A stretch of DNA of 62,858 bases, filler included, from Sphaeroforma arctica JP610 (lineage: Eukaryota): assembly GCF_001186125.1 (NCBI RefSeq). It is 4 parts of one record of this genome, joined end to end, with 100 filler letters (N's around TTAATTAATTAA, not from the genome) between each part and the next. Parts side by side here need not be neighbours in the genome. Positions count along the whole stretch, not along the records: positions 25,328 to 54,942 come from NW_014040553.1; 3 more parts are not named here. One strand, given 5' to 3'. Under the pieces are notes generated by a model. The model saw nothing but the letters and a program-made list of their open reading frames with translations. It made no database searches and had not been told where the DNA came from. The translations under genes were made by a program, and so were the position numbers. This document shows positions 38,255 through 52,096 of the stretch, in pieces (within the stretch, counting starts at the first letter, position 1; the number at the start of each line of letters is the position of its first letter).

Positions 38255-41200
38255 CTATTCCGCCTTATTATCCTTATCTTCACTACGTCTCCGCGAGAGT
38301 CTGAAGAGGGAATTCCCTCGAGAGCAGACGACGATTTCACCACAAAACCTCACGGACACCGGTATTGAGGGCAGTATAGTTGTGTCGACATGCTGTGACA
38401 TATCTTGTTGGCTAACGATGCGCGGCCTCTCATCGTCCTCGCCAGCGTACTGAGCATTGTGGTTGCTCGCACCATTGGGTGTGTTTCCAGTACTATTTTG
38501 CTGGTCATTGTCTTGATTATGCTGCTGTCGCACTCGCCGCCGCCTGGCTTCTCGTCTGTCAACGGTCACTTGCAGCTTAGGCAAATCTATAACCCGCACG
38601 CACGTACCACTAATCGCATCGTATAACCCAATACTGTCCATTGCCCCAATGGCCACCAGGCCGTTTTTGAGATGGGCTGGTTGTACCAAGCCCTGATCCT
38701 GATGTAGTGAAAGTAATCAAATAATGATTAGGGTCTTCAACCGTTTGATGACCGATTGCAGCATTAATGTGCAATATGACAATTGAATGTAATCTGTAGA
38801 GGAATTTCGAGGTGAAATATAAGATAGTGTCTTGGGATGTACATACTAGTTGAGCAACGATCGACTATTTTCGCGCGTCAAACCATCTGCATTGTGTAGA
38901 GACAGCTATACCACGAAATAATATTGGTCAGGCACTCATGTCCAACAGGAACGCGAGGACACGCATACAACTTGTCACCATTTACTTGCTAGTGTCAATC
39001 ACACCAACTGAATCTAGATATACGATACATATCCACACTTAGCGAGTTATATTGATCTCCAACAGCCAACTCACCGGCACCGGCAGATTGCAACAAGCCC
39101 TACCACTACGAGCATCCCATACAATTAGCTGCTCAAAATCGCAGCCCATAATCAGAGTCCTACTGGCTGATGTGTGAGAAAAAGTGGGCCGATTGTCCAC
39201 ACACGTGGTCAGCACTGCTGATGTCAAACCAGAGAGCGCACGTGACTTTTTGCCTGGGATTTGAAGATGGGTTTGATAGGTTAACCGGTTGCCCGCATTC
39301 AGTGAAGAATAAAGACCAGATTGGATATGGTTTGGGACAGCGACAAGAGATGCTCAAAATTATAAAGCGACGGAAGAGAAGGTAAATGGTCGCATCATAT
39401 GATTCAGAATTAAGAATCGACTTCTATAAACTGTTCGGGTATTGATCGGTAATAAGTTGCCGTTACAAACTAATAAGAGTACGTGAGATTGAAAATACCT
39501 AAATGCGCATCCCATAGGCACACAGTGCCATTCTCGTCGCCAGACGCTACACGCAAACCACCCCTAGCCCAATTCCACAGAGAAAGCGACGAGATGGCAT
39601 GGTGGTGTCCATCGAGTTTGTGCAAGATAGCTCCTGCCGATGCAATTCGAAGGCAAATACAAATTGGTTTACTGATTCTATCATAGGCTGTACATAAACT
39701 GTGGTGAGGTGACATGTCGGTGCTGTTATCTCACCGGTTATTTTGCTACGCTTATCTATGACAAATTAATGGAAACATGCCCCGTGTGGCTCGACAAGAA
39801 ATGAAATAGGCCAAGTTCACATAACTTCAATTCAGAATGGGAAGCCATAGGAAAGCCAGTGACGACAAGACCGACAGTACTCACCTTGCGACAGAGATAA
39901 AATGCAAACAGAGGCATCGGTCGATCCCGAAACACACAACTGGCCACTCATTTCCAGTACGGTGACAGCTGCCGTGTGGCATACCACAGACAGAAAATTG
40001 CGCATTGTATTCAGATCAGTGATGTTGCTCAAGGGCACTGTCCGGCCCATGGATGTCATATCCGCATCTGAATCGGAGCTAGTGCTTGCTAATGATGGCA
40101 GAGACAAAAATGAGGAGGATTCGGACTCAAGGCCAGCCGTTGCGCTCCACGCACGCACACAGCCATCTGCATCACCAGATATGATATAATATGAACCCGT
40201 CGCTATGCAGCTTACACCGCTCGTGCATGCGGAGTTCAACCTAGTTAATGTGCTGCAGGATGATGCTCTTGTGCGTAATTGCTCGCCTCCACTCCCAGCT
40301 TTTGCTGAGCCACGTATTCCCTGATCAGGAGAATCTAAATATGAACTTTGGCCGGGCCTATTTGTAGCAAAGAAGAGAAAAGACACGTTCGAAGGTAAGT
40401 TGCTATCTTCGGTTTCTAGCGCCACCTTGCTTATTGCAGAGCTGTGAGTCTTTCCTGCCAAAAGGAGAAAACCAGGGTGTAAACTTGTTCTTAGGTCTAT
40501 GTTCTCGTTCGCCTCTTGCATAGAAACGCCGGCTTCGTATGCACGATGGACTTCCAGTGAGTAGTACAGGCTTCGCTCTTATTACTGATTTACAGATGTC
40601 ACTATTTTTTCTGACACGAACTCACATATTATCATACGAGTGCGACCTTGAAGTTCAAGACCCACAATCGTAACAGACACCCACAATACTTCAGACTTCA
40701 TTAAGTCTGTATGCGAGAGATCATGGCAACGTATAGCAGACGAGTACAATGGTTTGTGACCACCATAGTTGTACGTACTTGATCTAGGACGATACACACA
40801 CACTGTCGATACCCACCTCTCCCGCGAGGATGACCGTAAATTGAGGCGATCAACTAAGAGAGCCCCAGAACCGAGCCCGATTGCCACCAGCCCTTTAGCG
40901 GCAATCGCTATACTCCACACAGTTTCATCTTCTTCATCTGGCGGGACTATGTCGGGTTGTAGAAAGCTGTACGTTCGCAAACATTGACCGGTATCGATGT
41001 GCCATACCTATTGAATTCAAGACGATACGGTTTTAGCGCTATCTGCAGAAGCACACTACGTTTCAACAACATGAAAATCACGCCCAGCATATGATGCACT
41101 GGGTAATAATGGAACAAACTACTCTGTCAATAGCGAGACAATGTCCATCATACTAAAAAACGAAGCATTGAATACGGTAGAAAACGGACATAAGAAACAT

Positions 41201-44200
41201 TTGACTGTAAATTATAGAAAAGCGATTGAACTACTTCAAGAGCTTCAACAAGTGATAAGTTTTGTAAGATCACATACTTTGACTATGCTATCGGTGCACG
41301 AGGAGATCAAAACTTGTTCTGAATACACAAGTTGTGAGATTTCGGCAGAGTGTTGATCACTTTCCAAGCCAAACTGGTCCGTTTCAATGTCGCCATCTTT
41401 CCACTTCTCAACCATGTCGCTTGTATCTGGATATATCACATTAACGAAGATCGGCTTAATGACTGTAGATATTTAGGATTGAAGAAGTTATCAAGTGCTT
41501 CCTTTTGAAATACCTGAGCAACCGAAGATTTCAGGACTCAGGCCTACCTCGCCCACAAAGAACCATTAGACTACTTTCTTATACCCGGCACAAGGTAAAC
41601 AAGTTTGGAAATGCCAAGAGCACTGCATAACACAGGGCACAATCAGCATATATTTCGGGATTCTAATACTGATTGTGAATAACCCGCTTCACAGTACGCT
41701 GTAGTCCAGATTCGTGCCCAGTATCCAATTTCATAAGTTCACATCAACCATCAAACTCTCGCAGCGGTTGAGCACACGAATAAACATTAGATGGCCATTT
41801 CGCGTACATACCTGGGAGCCTATCATGGAGACCAGAAGTCATGCGCCATACCCAAGCCATGATCACGAGGAAAAGTACCACTATTAAGACCATATTGAGC
41901 CACATGTGAGACGTAACTTCTTTCGCAATCTCCGTCATTGTTTTCACCAGCGTGTCAAAGACGGTCAAAGCGACGTTGACGATCGATGCCTCCGTACTTA
42001 CATGTATGGTGGTCAGATCAATCTAGATTCCAGAAATTAATAGGTAAGCCGATTTCTTTTGCATTAGCAACATTTAACTTTTTTCAGTGAAGCTATGATA
42101 GTGCACGTGCCAAACTCATTCTTGGCACACAACAGCATTGTGATACGCCGATTTACGACGATATGCCCTCTAAAAAGCGAATGTACAGAGACAACGCAGA
42201 ACGACGCTATGCGAGATGCAAGTTTTTACGTCCTGATCCCTCCTGGGGGATTATCTTAGATTACTCATTCTGCAGGAACCCCACAAGCGATCGCCTATTC
42301 AGTAGCGCCGTATACCGTGTTCGCGACGGTTTTCACTTTACAACAAAAATCCAGTTGCGTGCATTGCTAATGCGTATGTGTTTGAATATATGTAGGTATA
42401 TACCTATTATATGTATATATATATAATATAAATAAATCGCAGGCGAACGTAAAACGTGATCATTTAATGATACTTCCGTGTTGCAATCACGCGCTGATGA
42501 CAAACTTGTTGAAATGGAACGCACCATACTAGAAAAATTTATATTAGATATCAAATGTAAGCTGTGGTGGCAAATACCAAGGTGCAGCGCGTTGGAACAA
42601 ACAGTCACTTACTCGCGATCCATTCGGCCCAGCGATATCTCGAAGCGCACCATTCATTGGTGGGACATAGGCGACGTATCTTTTGTCCAGTAATATTCCG
42701 TTGTATTCATTAAGCAATTTGTTCGTATTATACGGTGGCAAGCTGATATTTGCCCCTTCTGATTCGCTGAGAATGAAGGCTGCTACCAAAAGCAGAACCA
42801 TCGCGAGAGCCTGAATTGGGTCAGAGATGGTTTGTAATTCGATTGGATTTGGATATGAAAGATGGAAACACTCATGGACCACTGATCTTAAATACCACAA
42901 GCCATTTTTCGATTCTTTGTACTAGATGCATAGTGATTTCACGCCCACCCGAACCCACTGGATTGACCGTGAAAACAATGTCATCGTACAGGATTTAAGC
43001 TCAACTACGAGGACAAACAAGGATGCAATCAGAAAAGCCATGTAGTTAACTTGAATACATGGCATTTGGCATACTTACTGAAATTAGCTTGCCCGGCCGG
43101 CGAGTGAGAAAACGTGATCGCCGCCGCCGTGGCTGATGCACTGTCTGACAGTGCTTTAAATGCATCTGGATATCGCTCAGCTCCATCCGTCGTATGTCAA
43201 TTGACAAAACCGCGGGGAAGAATATGATCTGTCATATTAAAACAGAAAGAACAGTACACAGCGATATGAGTTATAGCGTAAAATAGTCTGAGAGGTGAAA
43301 ATAAATTTCGTTTTAAAATTATCATAGAAACATATGTAAGCACTTCGTCATATACAGCCAAGTAATTTGGTCGCATGTTGTGAGCCTGATGGAAATGCTA
43401 TAATGAGCAGTCTGGATTGAAGGCAAAAAGCAATGCGTAAAATGTATGGGAGATAATCCAGCTCGTATACCATACCTGCAGGTAAAAATCTACCAAAAGC
43501 GAAAAAAAGGTAAAGATCGAAAACTCTCGCAAAGCGTCGATGGAACTCAACGATCCCACGATGGTGAGCATCAACTCCGCCAATAAGTACACAACAACCT
43601 TATTGCCAGTGTTCGATAAACCTGAAAAGTGAACATCGCGGCAGGTGTATAAAGTATGATTATCAGTGTACCAAATGCATATTAGCTACCAACCAGTTTT
43701 CAAGAGTCTGGCCGATAAAAGGTCATACATAATTAAAATTCGGTGGCGTATACTTCACTTCATATCCAAATCAGCTGGGGTCGAGAAGATGCCAAAGAAC
43801 GTTTACAAAATAAAAGCTGAATATACAAATACAGTCATACGGTAGAAAGACATTCCTATTCGAAGCTCATAAAGAGAGGTCACTTATTGAGCAATGATAA
43901 TTTTTTGTTGGGTAAGATATGTGAATACCTTCGGCGACGCGATGGTGTACCGAATTGTCCAAGGGCGTTGCCACCACGGCATGTGTGATGAAGAAGATGT
44001 TCTCGACTCCAACAGCGATGATGAGGAAAGGGATGACCTCTCTGTTATGTCAGTGTAATTTGAGCAAGAGTAACCAGCGATATCCTCGGTTGACAATTTG
44101 TAGGCACGAGACATTGGCGGCTTGGTCATACTACATACCATCAAATCTGTATTTGCAATATCGAATCCGTTATCGAACATATATTTGTCTAAACATTTGG

Positions 44201-47200
44201 CCTTTGGAAAAACAATAAAATCATTGTATACACAAAACACTATGTGCCCCAATAGGTAGAAAAGTAAAATTGTCGAAACCACTGGCCAAGGCAGCAAGCC
44301 TCGACTGAATTGAAATCATGGAGTTCAGATAATACGTTGCAGAGTATATTGTGCGGCGGGCATATAGGAGAAAACGCAGCATGGATCAAACTTACACAAC
44401 CACCAGCGTAGGCACGAATCCAAACATTTGGCAGATTCCCACGGACATGCTGAGAGAAATTAGCAACATCACTACTGACGTCAAACCCAATCCAACCTTC
44501 AATTGAAACGAATGAAGGAAGATGGGATACATGTCAGTTTAGAGAGAAACAGAAAAATCCCGCTGCAATGTAAAACTGTACTTTGTTTTAACATTTCGAA
44601 ATCTTGAGTATTAGCAAGATAAACACCAGTAGTCACAGGTCACCCTTGACATGTATCTGATTTAAAAACATACAAGCTACAATGATTTTCGAGTACCATC
44701 TGCAGAGTATGCTTGTAACAGCGAGTTCCATCAAGATAAATGTTTGCAAACATCAATTTTTTTTGCCTTGTCCCATAAGATATATATATCAGAGGAGATG
44801 TGAACCATGAGGTTGTTTGAGCATTGCAAACTTTCCTACAGCGAAAGCAAAGACTATTAGAACGGGTGATGCAGTCCACTCGAAATAAAAAATTGTGAGT
44901 GAAAGTAAACTTGCAATGTGCGCTAAACATACTGAAACAGCATCGCAACGTACCTTGGATTTTACCATGTGAAATTTGGTTTCGACACTGAAGTAAATGT
45001 ACAGGATTACTAGGACGTACGTGCAGACCAGGAAAATGACGTCAGAGCTCAGCTCGATTTGTGGAACCTAAAAGGGAGCATAATAAACATTTAGCCCTCT
45101 CTGTTGAAGTTAGGGCTCACGCAGACAATACATGCAATACTAGGCTATATGACCAAATTGGGGGCAATGAAAGGACAAAATCACACCAAAACTTTACGTT
45201 GTTATCCAACCGTGTCATTATGCAAGTCCACTATGATACCGCTAACCTCAAAGTACAGGTGTGTCGTTTGCATGTCAGAGAAATGCCAGCTAATATTGGC
45301 ATTGACGGTCGAATTTTCGGATTGAAGCCAACCGGTGAGCCGTTGTAAAAACAAGGATCGATCTCCCGCCCTTTCATCAGATGTTTCGAATGCAAATGTT
45401 GTACTCAGAGAACTGAAACCGATGACCTGGTTGGAACCCTAACATGGAGATTCAATATACAATGATATTAATTGCAACCCCTCATGAATGTGTTTTGCGT
45501 CATCGCCTTCACTTCGAATTGATGAGCATAGATGCACTTATGAATTCCAAGACGACATTTCATCACTGTCTTGTGATCAATTATAAAGAAATACAGGGTA
45601 GCCATTCCCGGTTTCATCATTGTCGGCAAAGCAGCTTACTAATTGCCATATAACAGTGCGACTTCCGATCCATTCGAAAGAAACTTCAATTCCGCCATTG
45701 ATTGCACACACACAGATTCGTTGTCATTTTGAGGTCCGATAGATATTGCAGCGCAGGACATACCCATGCATGAGTAGCTCCCCCGACAATTGCTTCTCTG
45801 TATATAGCACTCGACCGCGTCATCGTTTCGAGCGGATCAGGATCAGCCATCAGTGCGGCCCTGTCGTCCTACAGAAGGTCAATAAAAAGGACCGACCGAA
45901 AAATCGAAGGTATGTGTAAATTCGAGCGTCTGGCCCTAAGATTGAAATCAGACCGCGTCTCTGTAGGTGGTGGTCTGAGCAGTGTGAATATTCGATCGAT
46001 GGGACAAGTACTAATGCGCGAGATTGACAACCAATAGTACGCACGCAGGTTTGCCGTAATACTTTATGAGTAAAGATCGACAGGACTATGTCACACAGAT
46101 GGAAGCCCCAATTGATTAACATTAGAATTTGGTTGGGTCCGCTTGTATACCAATTTATCTCATTAAAATTCAGTATATGCTAGGACTTTTAAAGCATTTG
46201 TGAAGGCTGAGACTAAACATTGCACCCCATCACAGAGCTCCGCACTCACACCTTTAGTGCTGGGAATACGGAACATACATATACGTAGATGGAAATCCGT
46301 TCAAAAATCAAACTGAGAGAGCGTGTTGTGCTGTGTGCTTACCTTCCAGAAATGACCCGGTGCCGCCAACACACACAATTGTTCTTGGTCGTCGGGCTGG
46401 TAGCAGAAATCGGTGAAAGACACGTTGCGGGACCTGCCAAGCATTTTCATAGATGCGAATCACGTCAATATACTATTGCTTTGTTACTTCACCCATTCGC
46501 ACCCGTTCAAGATGTTTGTACAGATACCTCTTAGATATCTATGCAGTTTCCAACAATGACGTGGACAGTAACCAGTAGTATTTTACCTACAACCTTTTCC
46601 GATTTTTATATATATATTCCTTTCAACTAGCGAGACCACAAGATCGCTTACCCTATTTCGGTATGAAATCCCTCAATGCGCTTGAGAGTATCCATGGTAG
46701 TAAGAATTATATGCCTACAGGCATTCACGTCGGGCGTGGCATCTCGTGGCACGTCCAGCCTCATGGAGAGTAAAGTCACCTCTGGGCGAGACGGCAGCTG
46801 GAATACGGATTAAAATCGAAGGACATGAACAGCTAAAGAAAAGTACGAAAAGAACGACGAATGGCCCATTTACATTCCAATTGCGTTTGTAATTGATGAT
46901 ATTTGACTGCGGCATCAACTGGTCGCACGTATGACTTACATTATCAGATTTTAAATAACAGAGAAATCAAGTGTAAAGTGTTTCCAGCTCACGCTTAATA
47001 TACCTGAGCCTCCATGCCCGTGGGCGCAGAGGTTGCCGACCAAGCAATCAGACGCGGCTGCAGGTCTCCCAGACCAAAGAGCAACAACGGCAGAGAACAT
47101 AGTGTCCAGGCTGTAATGGGTTCACAAAAGTTGTAATGAATACACTTTTGAACAAAATGATGGAAATTCCAGTTTTTACACGGCATTGCACACAGCCAAT

Positions 47201-47246
47201 ACCGATCGTAAGACTTCTGGCACATGTGATACACCATTAGTAATGG

Positions 47247-47282
<36 letters not shown>

Positions 47283-47858
47283 GTATATATATACTACTAT
47301 ATAATACTATATAAATAATATACAACAACAATAATATATATATAATAAATANNNNNNNNNNNNNNNNNNNNNNNNNNNNNNNNNNNNNNNNNNNNNNNNN
47401 NNNNNNNNNNNNNTATATATGTTTGTGTGTGGGTGTGTGTGTGGGTGTATAAGCTTATTGAGTAGTCTCGTATGGCTTCAAGTGCAAGTTTTATAAATGA
47501 CATTTGAGTAGGCATATTTAAACATTTATTCTCGTGTCTGCGCGATGTTTGCGTACACAAACAACAAAATATTAGTACGCGTCGATTCTGTAAATCTACA
47601 AACAGCTATCCAATGTACGAGACCTAGTCCAACAAATAAAAAGCCAAACACACCTATGAAAGTCACGAAGAAGATGACAAAGGGATGCGTTGCGCAGAAG
47701 TAACCAATCCGGTAAAACTGTTGCCTAAAAACTGCGGTAGGTGATCGGTCAGCGCTAATCGGCAGCCCATCTGACGTATACCGGGATGTGAACGCCGTAC
47801 TTTCTTGTGATCTGAGTATGGAGCCCCGCCGCGGACCTACGGCCTCTACCTCGTCCAT
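38255..47858 (-). CDS. SCAP: SREBP cleavage-activating protein (sterol-sensing domain plus WD40 repeats), multi-exon
   Basis: N-terminal FRQQFYRIGYFCATHPFVIFF. SSD exons give TYVLVILYIYFSVETKFHMVKSK|VGLGLTSVVMLLISLSMSVGICQMFG...EVIPFLIIAVGVENIFFITHAVVATPLD...ALREFSIFTFFSLLVDFYLQ|IIFFPAVLSIDIRRMELSDI. WD repeats include IISGDADGCVRAWS, CVSGSTDASVCILS, LDGHHHAISSL...ASGDENGTVCLWD. Luminal-loop exon boundaries are only partly resolved. Confidence 0.92.
47352..47413. other. Assembly gap (62 N) inside a SCAP intron
   Basis: N run flanked by TA/GT microsatellites. Confidence 0.95.
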
Positions 47859-48756
47859 ATTGCTGTTCGATTGGCGCGAGGAAGATCTACTGCTATAAAG
47901 CCATACTTCCCAGTTCAATTATAGTTATTACATGGGTTAGATGGGATAGGTAGTCGAGTATGTCTACATCTGCACTTGGTTAATATGTATGTAGCAGACA
48001 GTGAACCATTGTTCATATAGATGACCAAACACCCTGAAGCTAAATATATGTACTGAACTGGCCGGGGGGGGGGGGGGAGGAGAAAAGCAGCAGAGCTGAA
48101 AGTTCGCAAAAAGCCAAAGTAAACTTTCCCATTGGTCGGAAGCCTGCTCCATTACCACCCGGCACATTGTGCTGAGGGCCTAAGGCGTGTGCTCTTCAGT
48201 TCGCACAGAACAACTTGGGTCGCGTCTAAAGCCTCTCAGCCTCAGGACCCCAGCCCCCCCCAGCCCCACAGGGGTGCCAACTGCCAACTGCCAAGTGCCA
48301 AGGTCTCAAGAAACCCCAAGCTGTGTATCTCAGCATTTCTCGTGTATAAACGTTTATTAAAAAATCCATCTTTGGTTAGTTAAACGTTTATGTTATTTAT
48401 CTTTTACGTTTGCGATCATTTTTGATATACGTTTGACGTTTAGTTTTGAAACGTTACTTGTAGCGAAAAATGGTCTGAGGTTTCGGAGTCAATCCACCTG
48501 TGTGTCCGCTGTGTCGAGTTGAGTGTCGACTGTCGACTCGAGTGTACATTTGATAATAATGATGTATATGAATGTACTGTATGTGCTGTTTGTATTGCAA
48601 ACAACAGAACAAAACAACAATCGGCAATTAGTTTTATATTGTTCCCTCAGTGTACGCAGAGTGCTGGAATTATAATTGCAGACAACTCGTCACTGCGTTC
48701 AGTTGCAATTTTGGTACTATTGAACGCCAAGCTGTGGTAAACTCTTGTATATCAAG
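47859..48756. promoter_or_regulatory. Putative bidirectional promoter between SCAP and the small + strand gene, with a G14 run and a C-rich tract
   Basis: Divergent ATGs at 47858 and 48757; G14 at 48064-48077; ccccagccccccccagcccc near 48248-48268. Confidence 0.45.
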
Positions 48757-48906
48757 ATGCCGAAGCAGGCGCATTCGCGGGCACGAGCAGAGGCGGAATC
48801 AGAAGTCCTCGTCAGGAAAAAAAGGGTAAATTGCTTCATTTCCTCTCAAGTTTTTGTTGAATAGAGATTTTGATAGAAGTATGATTTCTACTGGATTTGA
48901 TTTATA

Positions 48907-48941
<35 letters not shown>

Positions 48942-49042
48942 CAACGGATAAGAAACTTTCTATCTGGGCTCTTCTGGTTCGTATCTATACGCATTGAAAT
49001 ATTTGCAGTACGTGACCGGTCTACTCTAAATACCGTTGACCA

Positions 49043-49087
<45 letters not shown>

Positions 49088-52000
49088 CTGGGTGTCTGTG
49101 TGCCTGTGTGCCTGTGTGTGTCTGTATATATATATAGATATATATATAGATATAGATACAGATATAGATATAGATATATATTTGTATAGTCATATAATCA
49201 TATAATCATATTATTGTATTGTTATATTATAAACTTGTTATGCTATTTTATTGTCAAAATTATTCATATATATATATGTAATTATATACTTATATATATA
49301 TACGTTGATACAAAATTATAGCTTTAATCATATCTGTATTAACAATTCTGATTTCATTCGACTAGTTAAATTTATAACATCTTAACTTATACATTTGTAT
49401 GTATTTTGAGTAGCCATAGAATTATTGATAGATGCGTATTTCTCACAGTACGTATGTATGTTTGCGTGCATATGTATATATGTACCTTTTGAGGTTTCAC
49501 ATCACTCACTCTTATTTATGATTGAGTTTAAAATGGTAGCTCTTTTGTTCTGCAGGAAAAGTGTTGTATATATACCTTTCTCTATTAGTGTTTACATTTG
49601 TACATCTATACTATTGGTTATGTATTTATTCGTATTTAATTTTATCGTGTAGGCTATGTTACTGTACCTATAGTCGAAAGTAGATACCAGAATAAAGGTA
49701 TGCTTTTGTTTCAAGATCAATTTTAGTATACATACTTCAGTAAATTTACGTTCGTAAGAAGCGATATATCTCAATTTTGCGGATTGGGTGGAGAGTTTGT
49801 ACGATTTTAGGGTTTAATCAAGTGGTAGTTATTGCTTTAACCAATTTTTTGGGACAGTGTATGGTATTACGAGTCATGGCTGAAGGCATAGTTCATACTT
49901 ACGCTGGTGGATTATCGTGTTTTATTCGTTGTCGTTCAAAGCGAGATATACAAGGCAGCTAGTTGTTTAGGTTATACAGTCTTGCGCCTATTACCTTTTC
50001 ACAAATCTGCACTTCGTGTCTCTCGTCCGTGCCCCGTATCATAGCTTTTGTACTATTTAGTATTAATAAGTGTCAGCCCGAATTCTAAAGTATTCATGTA
50101 TTCTATGACTTATCTAGTACCAACGAAACTATGTTGTTTTCGACCTGTGTTTAAAAACACTAATTGACGGTCAAGACATCGATTTGTTGATGCAATCTAG
50201 GCGTTTAGCAGAAACAACTCGTGCTCGCCCTTAAGCTCCTAAACATTCATATGTGTATAAGTCTCCAGACCAAAATTTAAATTTTAGCACTGTGCGATCT
50301 TCCAGATTGGATGTATATGCGTTTTCGCTCTCAGCTAACCGCACTTTACTAGGAAGTCCAATATCGTTGAACGGTTGTTATCTGTGCAGTGATACGCACT
50401 CTATGCAGGAGTATCATCGCATTTCATCGTTTTGAGCTAACGATAATAAACTATTATTAACGCATATTTACCATAAAAGGGAAAGGCTGCCACACTTCAT
50501 AAAAGTGACGACGATCATCCTACAGCGGTATGTTTCAGGTTGATTTGCTGTTGAGTAGGTTGTACTCCATATTATCGGATACATATATATATATATTGAT
50601 TTGCTGGTATGTTTTTACACGCTCTGTTAATATTCACATACTTACATTTTATAGCATACATTTTCACATAGATCTGCGAGTTCTTGAACATTGAAATATA
50701 TTTTTATGTATAAGTGCGCACGAATGTCTCACTGGGTTTTGATTGATGATCAATAAATGCGGCCGAATATAGGTGTTGCTGGCGACTGTCGTAAGGGTTT
50801 CTCAGCAGCTATCAACGTATTTTATACCATCAGATCAGCGTTTTGAGTGCCCTTGGATCCTGTGCGCGTATTTGCCACTTGATGCATTTGTTCATCAGCT
50901 CATCGAATCAGACACGTACATACTATGGTACCGTTTATGTGTGTACGGTTTCTTCTGTGCTTATGCATGTAAAGTTTTTTTTTGATATATGTTGTCATTT
51001 ATCTGGAAAATTTATATCTTTCGGTTTTCTCATCCGTGCCTTTGTAAGGTGATTTGCTGTACAGAAATCGGATTCTCGTTATATTTGATATCTTCTAGTT
51101 TTGGACCGGTGCATTTCCTGATCTCCGCTCATATTCACACATGCGTATCACGAATGTAGGACTTGCTGGATCGTATCAACACATACGCACACGCGAGGAT
51201 ACTGGCAGCGGGGGCAGTCCAGGAGCAAGAGATGTTCGCCAGGGCTGCTCTATACTCACTTGGTAGGTTAATTGCCCAAGTTTGTCCTAGATATAAATGA
51301 TTTGATCCAAGCTCCGCTTGATTGCTCTCCAGTTCATACTTTTTAGTGCCCGGATTGTCGATGTGCCAAACTGTTCTCGGATGTATTGGATTTGTTTCAT
51401 ATTGGACCTCTCTACATCAACCAACCACCAACAGTCTATCTATTCCCAACTATGCAGCTTTTCCAATCTTTCTTCTCGCATTGAGTGCGTGGGGGCTGTC
51501 AAATCAGTGCCTTGTGTTTTCTTGGTTGTTCCAGGCGGGTGCTGATGGATGTCTGTGCAGTCTGTGTATCATAGCGCATGGATATGCTTGCAAAATAATC
51601 GGAAATCACCACTCCAGTTCTACCGATTGTACGTTCATACTTCGTTCTCTTATCTATACGACCTGTGCTGCACATCTTATGATTTCTTTCTATGTGACAT
51701 GGCTGCTTTCAAGGTGTCTTAGCCCAAGAATTGATTCGAGAAGAGGTGGACTTGATTGTCGAGGGCAAGGCGATTGACACAAAGGTATTGTGATGGATAA
51801 AACGGGCTATATATTCTTGTTGCAACCCTGACTGATTCCACTGTCGAGTAATAATGGGAGTTAAAATATTTGCACCGCTGATGAAAAATGTTGAAATGGG
51901 ATATGAGTGTAGTTTTTGAACCCTCAATATACCGCACTCAATCACCACATAAGGCTATATCGCTTGGATATGTCGCAACTACGTATATCTAAAATACTGT

Positions 52001-52096
52001 GTGCAAACGGCTTTTCCTCATAACCGACCACTTTTCATACAATAGACGGTAGCAAAACCCGACGCACCCTCAACCGTAATTGAAGATGTGGACTAA
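48757..52096 (+). CDS. Small (~113 aa) 5-exon protein, possibly Rrn10 (Pol I UAF subunit)-like
   Basis: Exons 48757-48825, 50480-50527, 51160-51262, 51714-51784, 52046-52096 join with GT-AG ends and matching phases: MPKQAHSRARAEAESEVLVRKKR|GKAATLHKSDDDHPTA|DLLDRINTYAHARILAAGAVQEQEMFARAALYSL|GVLAQELIREEVDLIVEGKAIDTK|TVAKPDAPSTVIEDVD*. The family call comes from the P..DLL..I..YA...ALxxLGxLxxE pattern. Confidence 0.55.

Noticed and set aside
39283..39290. AACCGGTT Grainyhead consensus site
   Set aside because: A single 8-mer in about 63 kb is expected by chance; it is intronic with no other support.
43884..44297. 137-aa minus-strand ORF as a SCAP exon
   Set aside because: The real exon (EVIPFLIIAVGVENIFF, about 43930-44042) is in a different frame.
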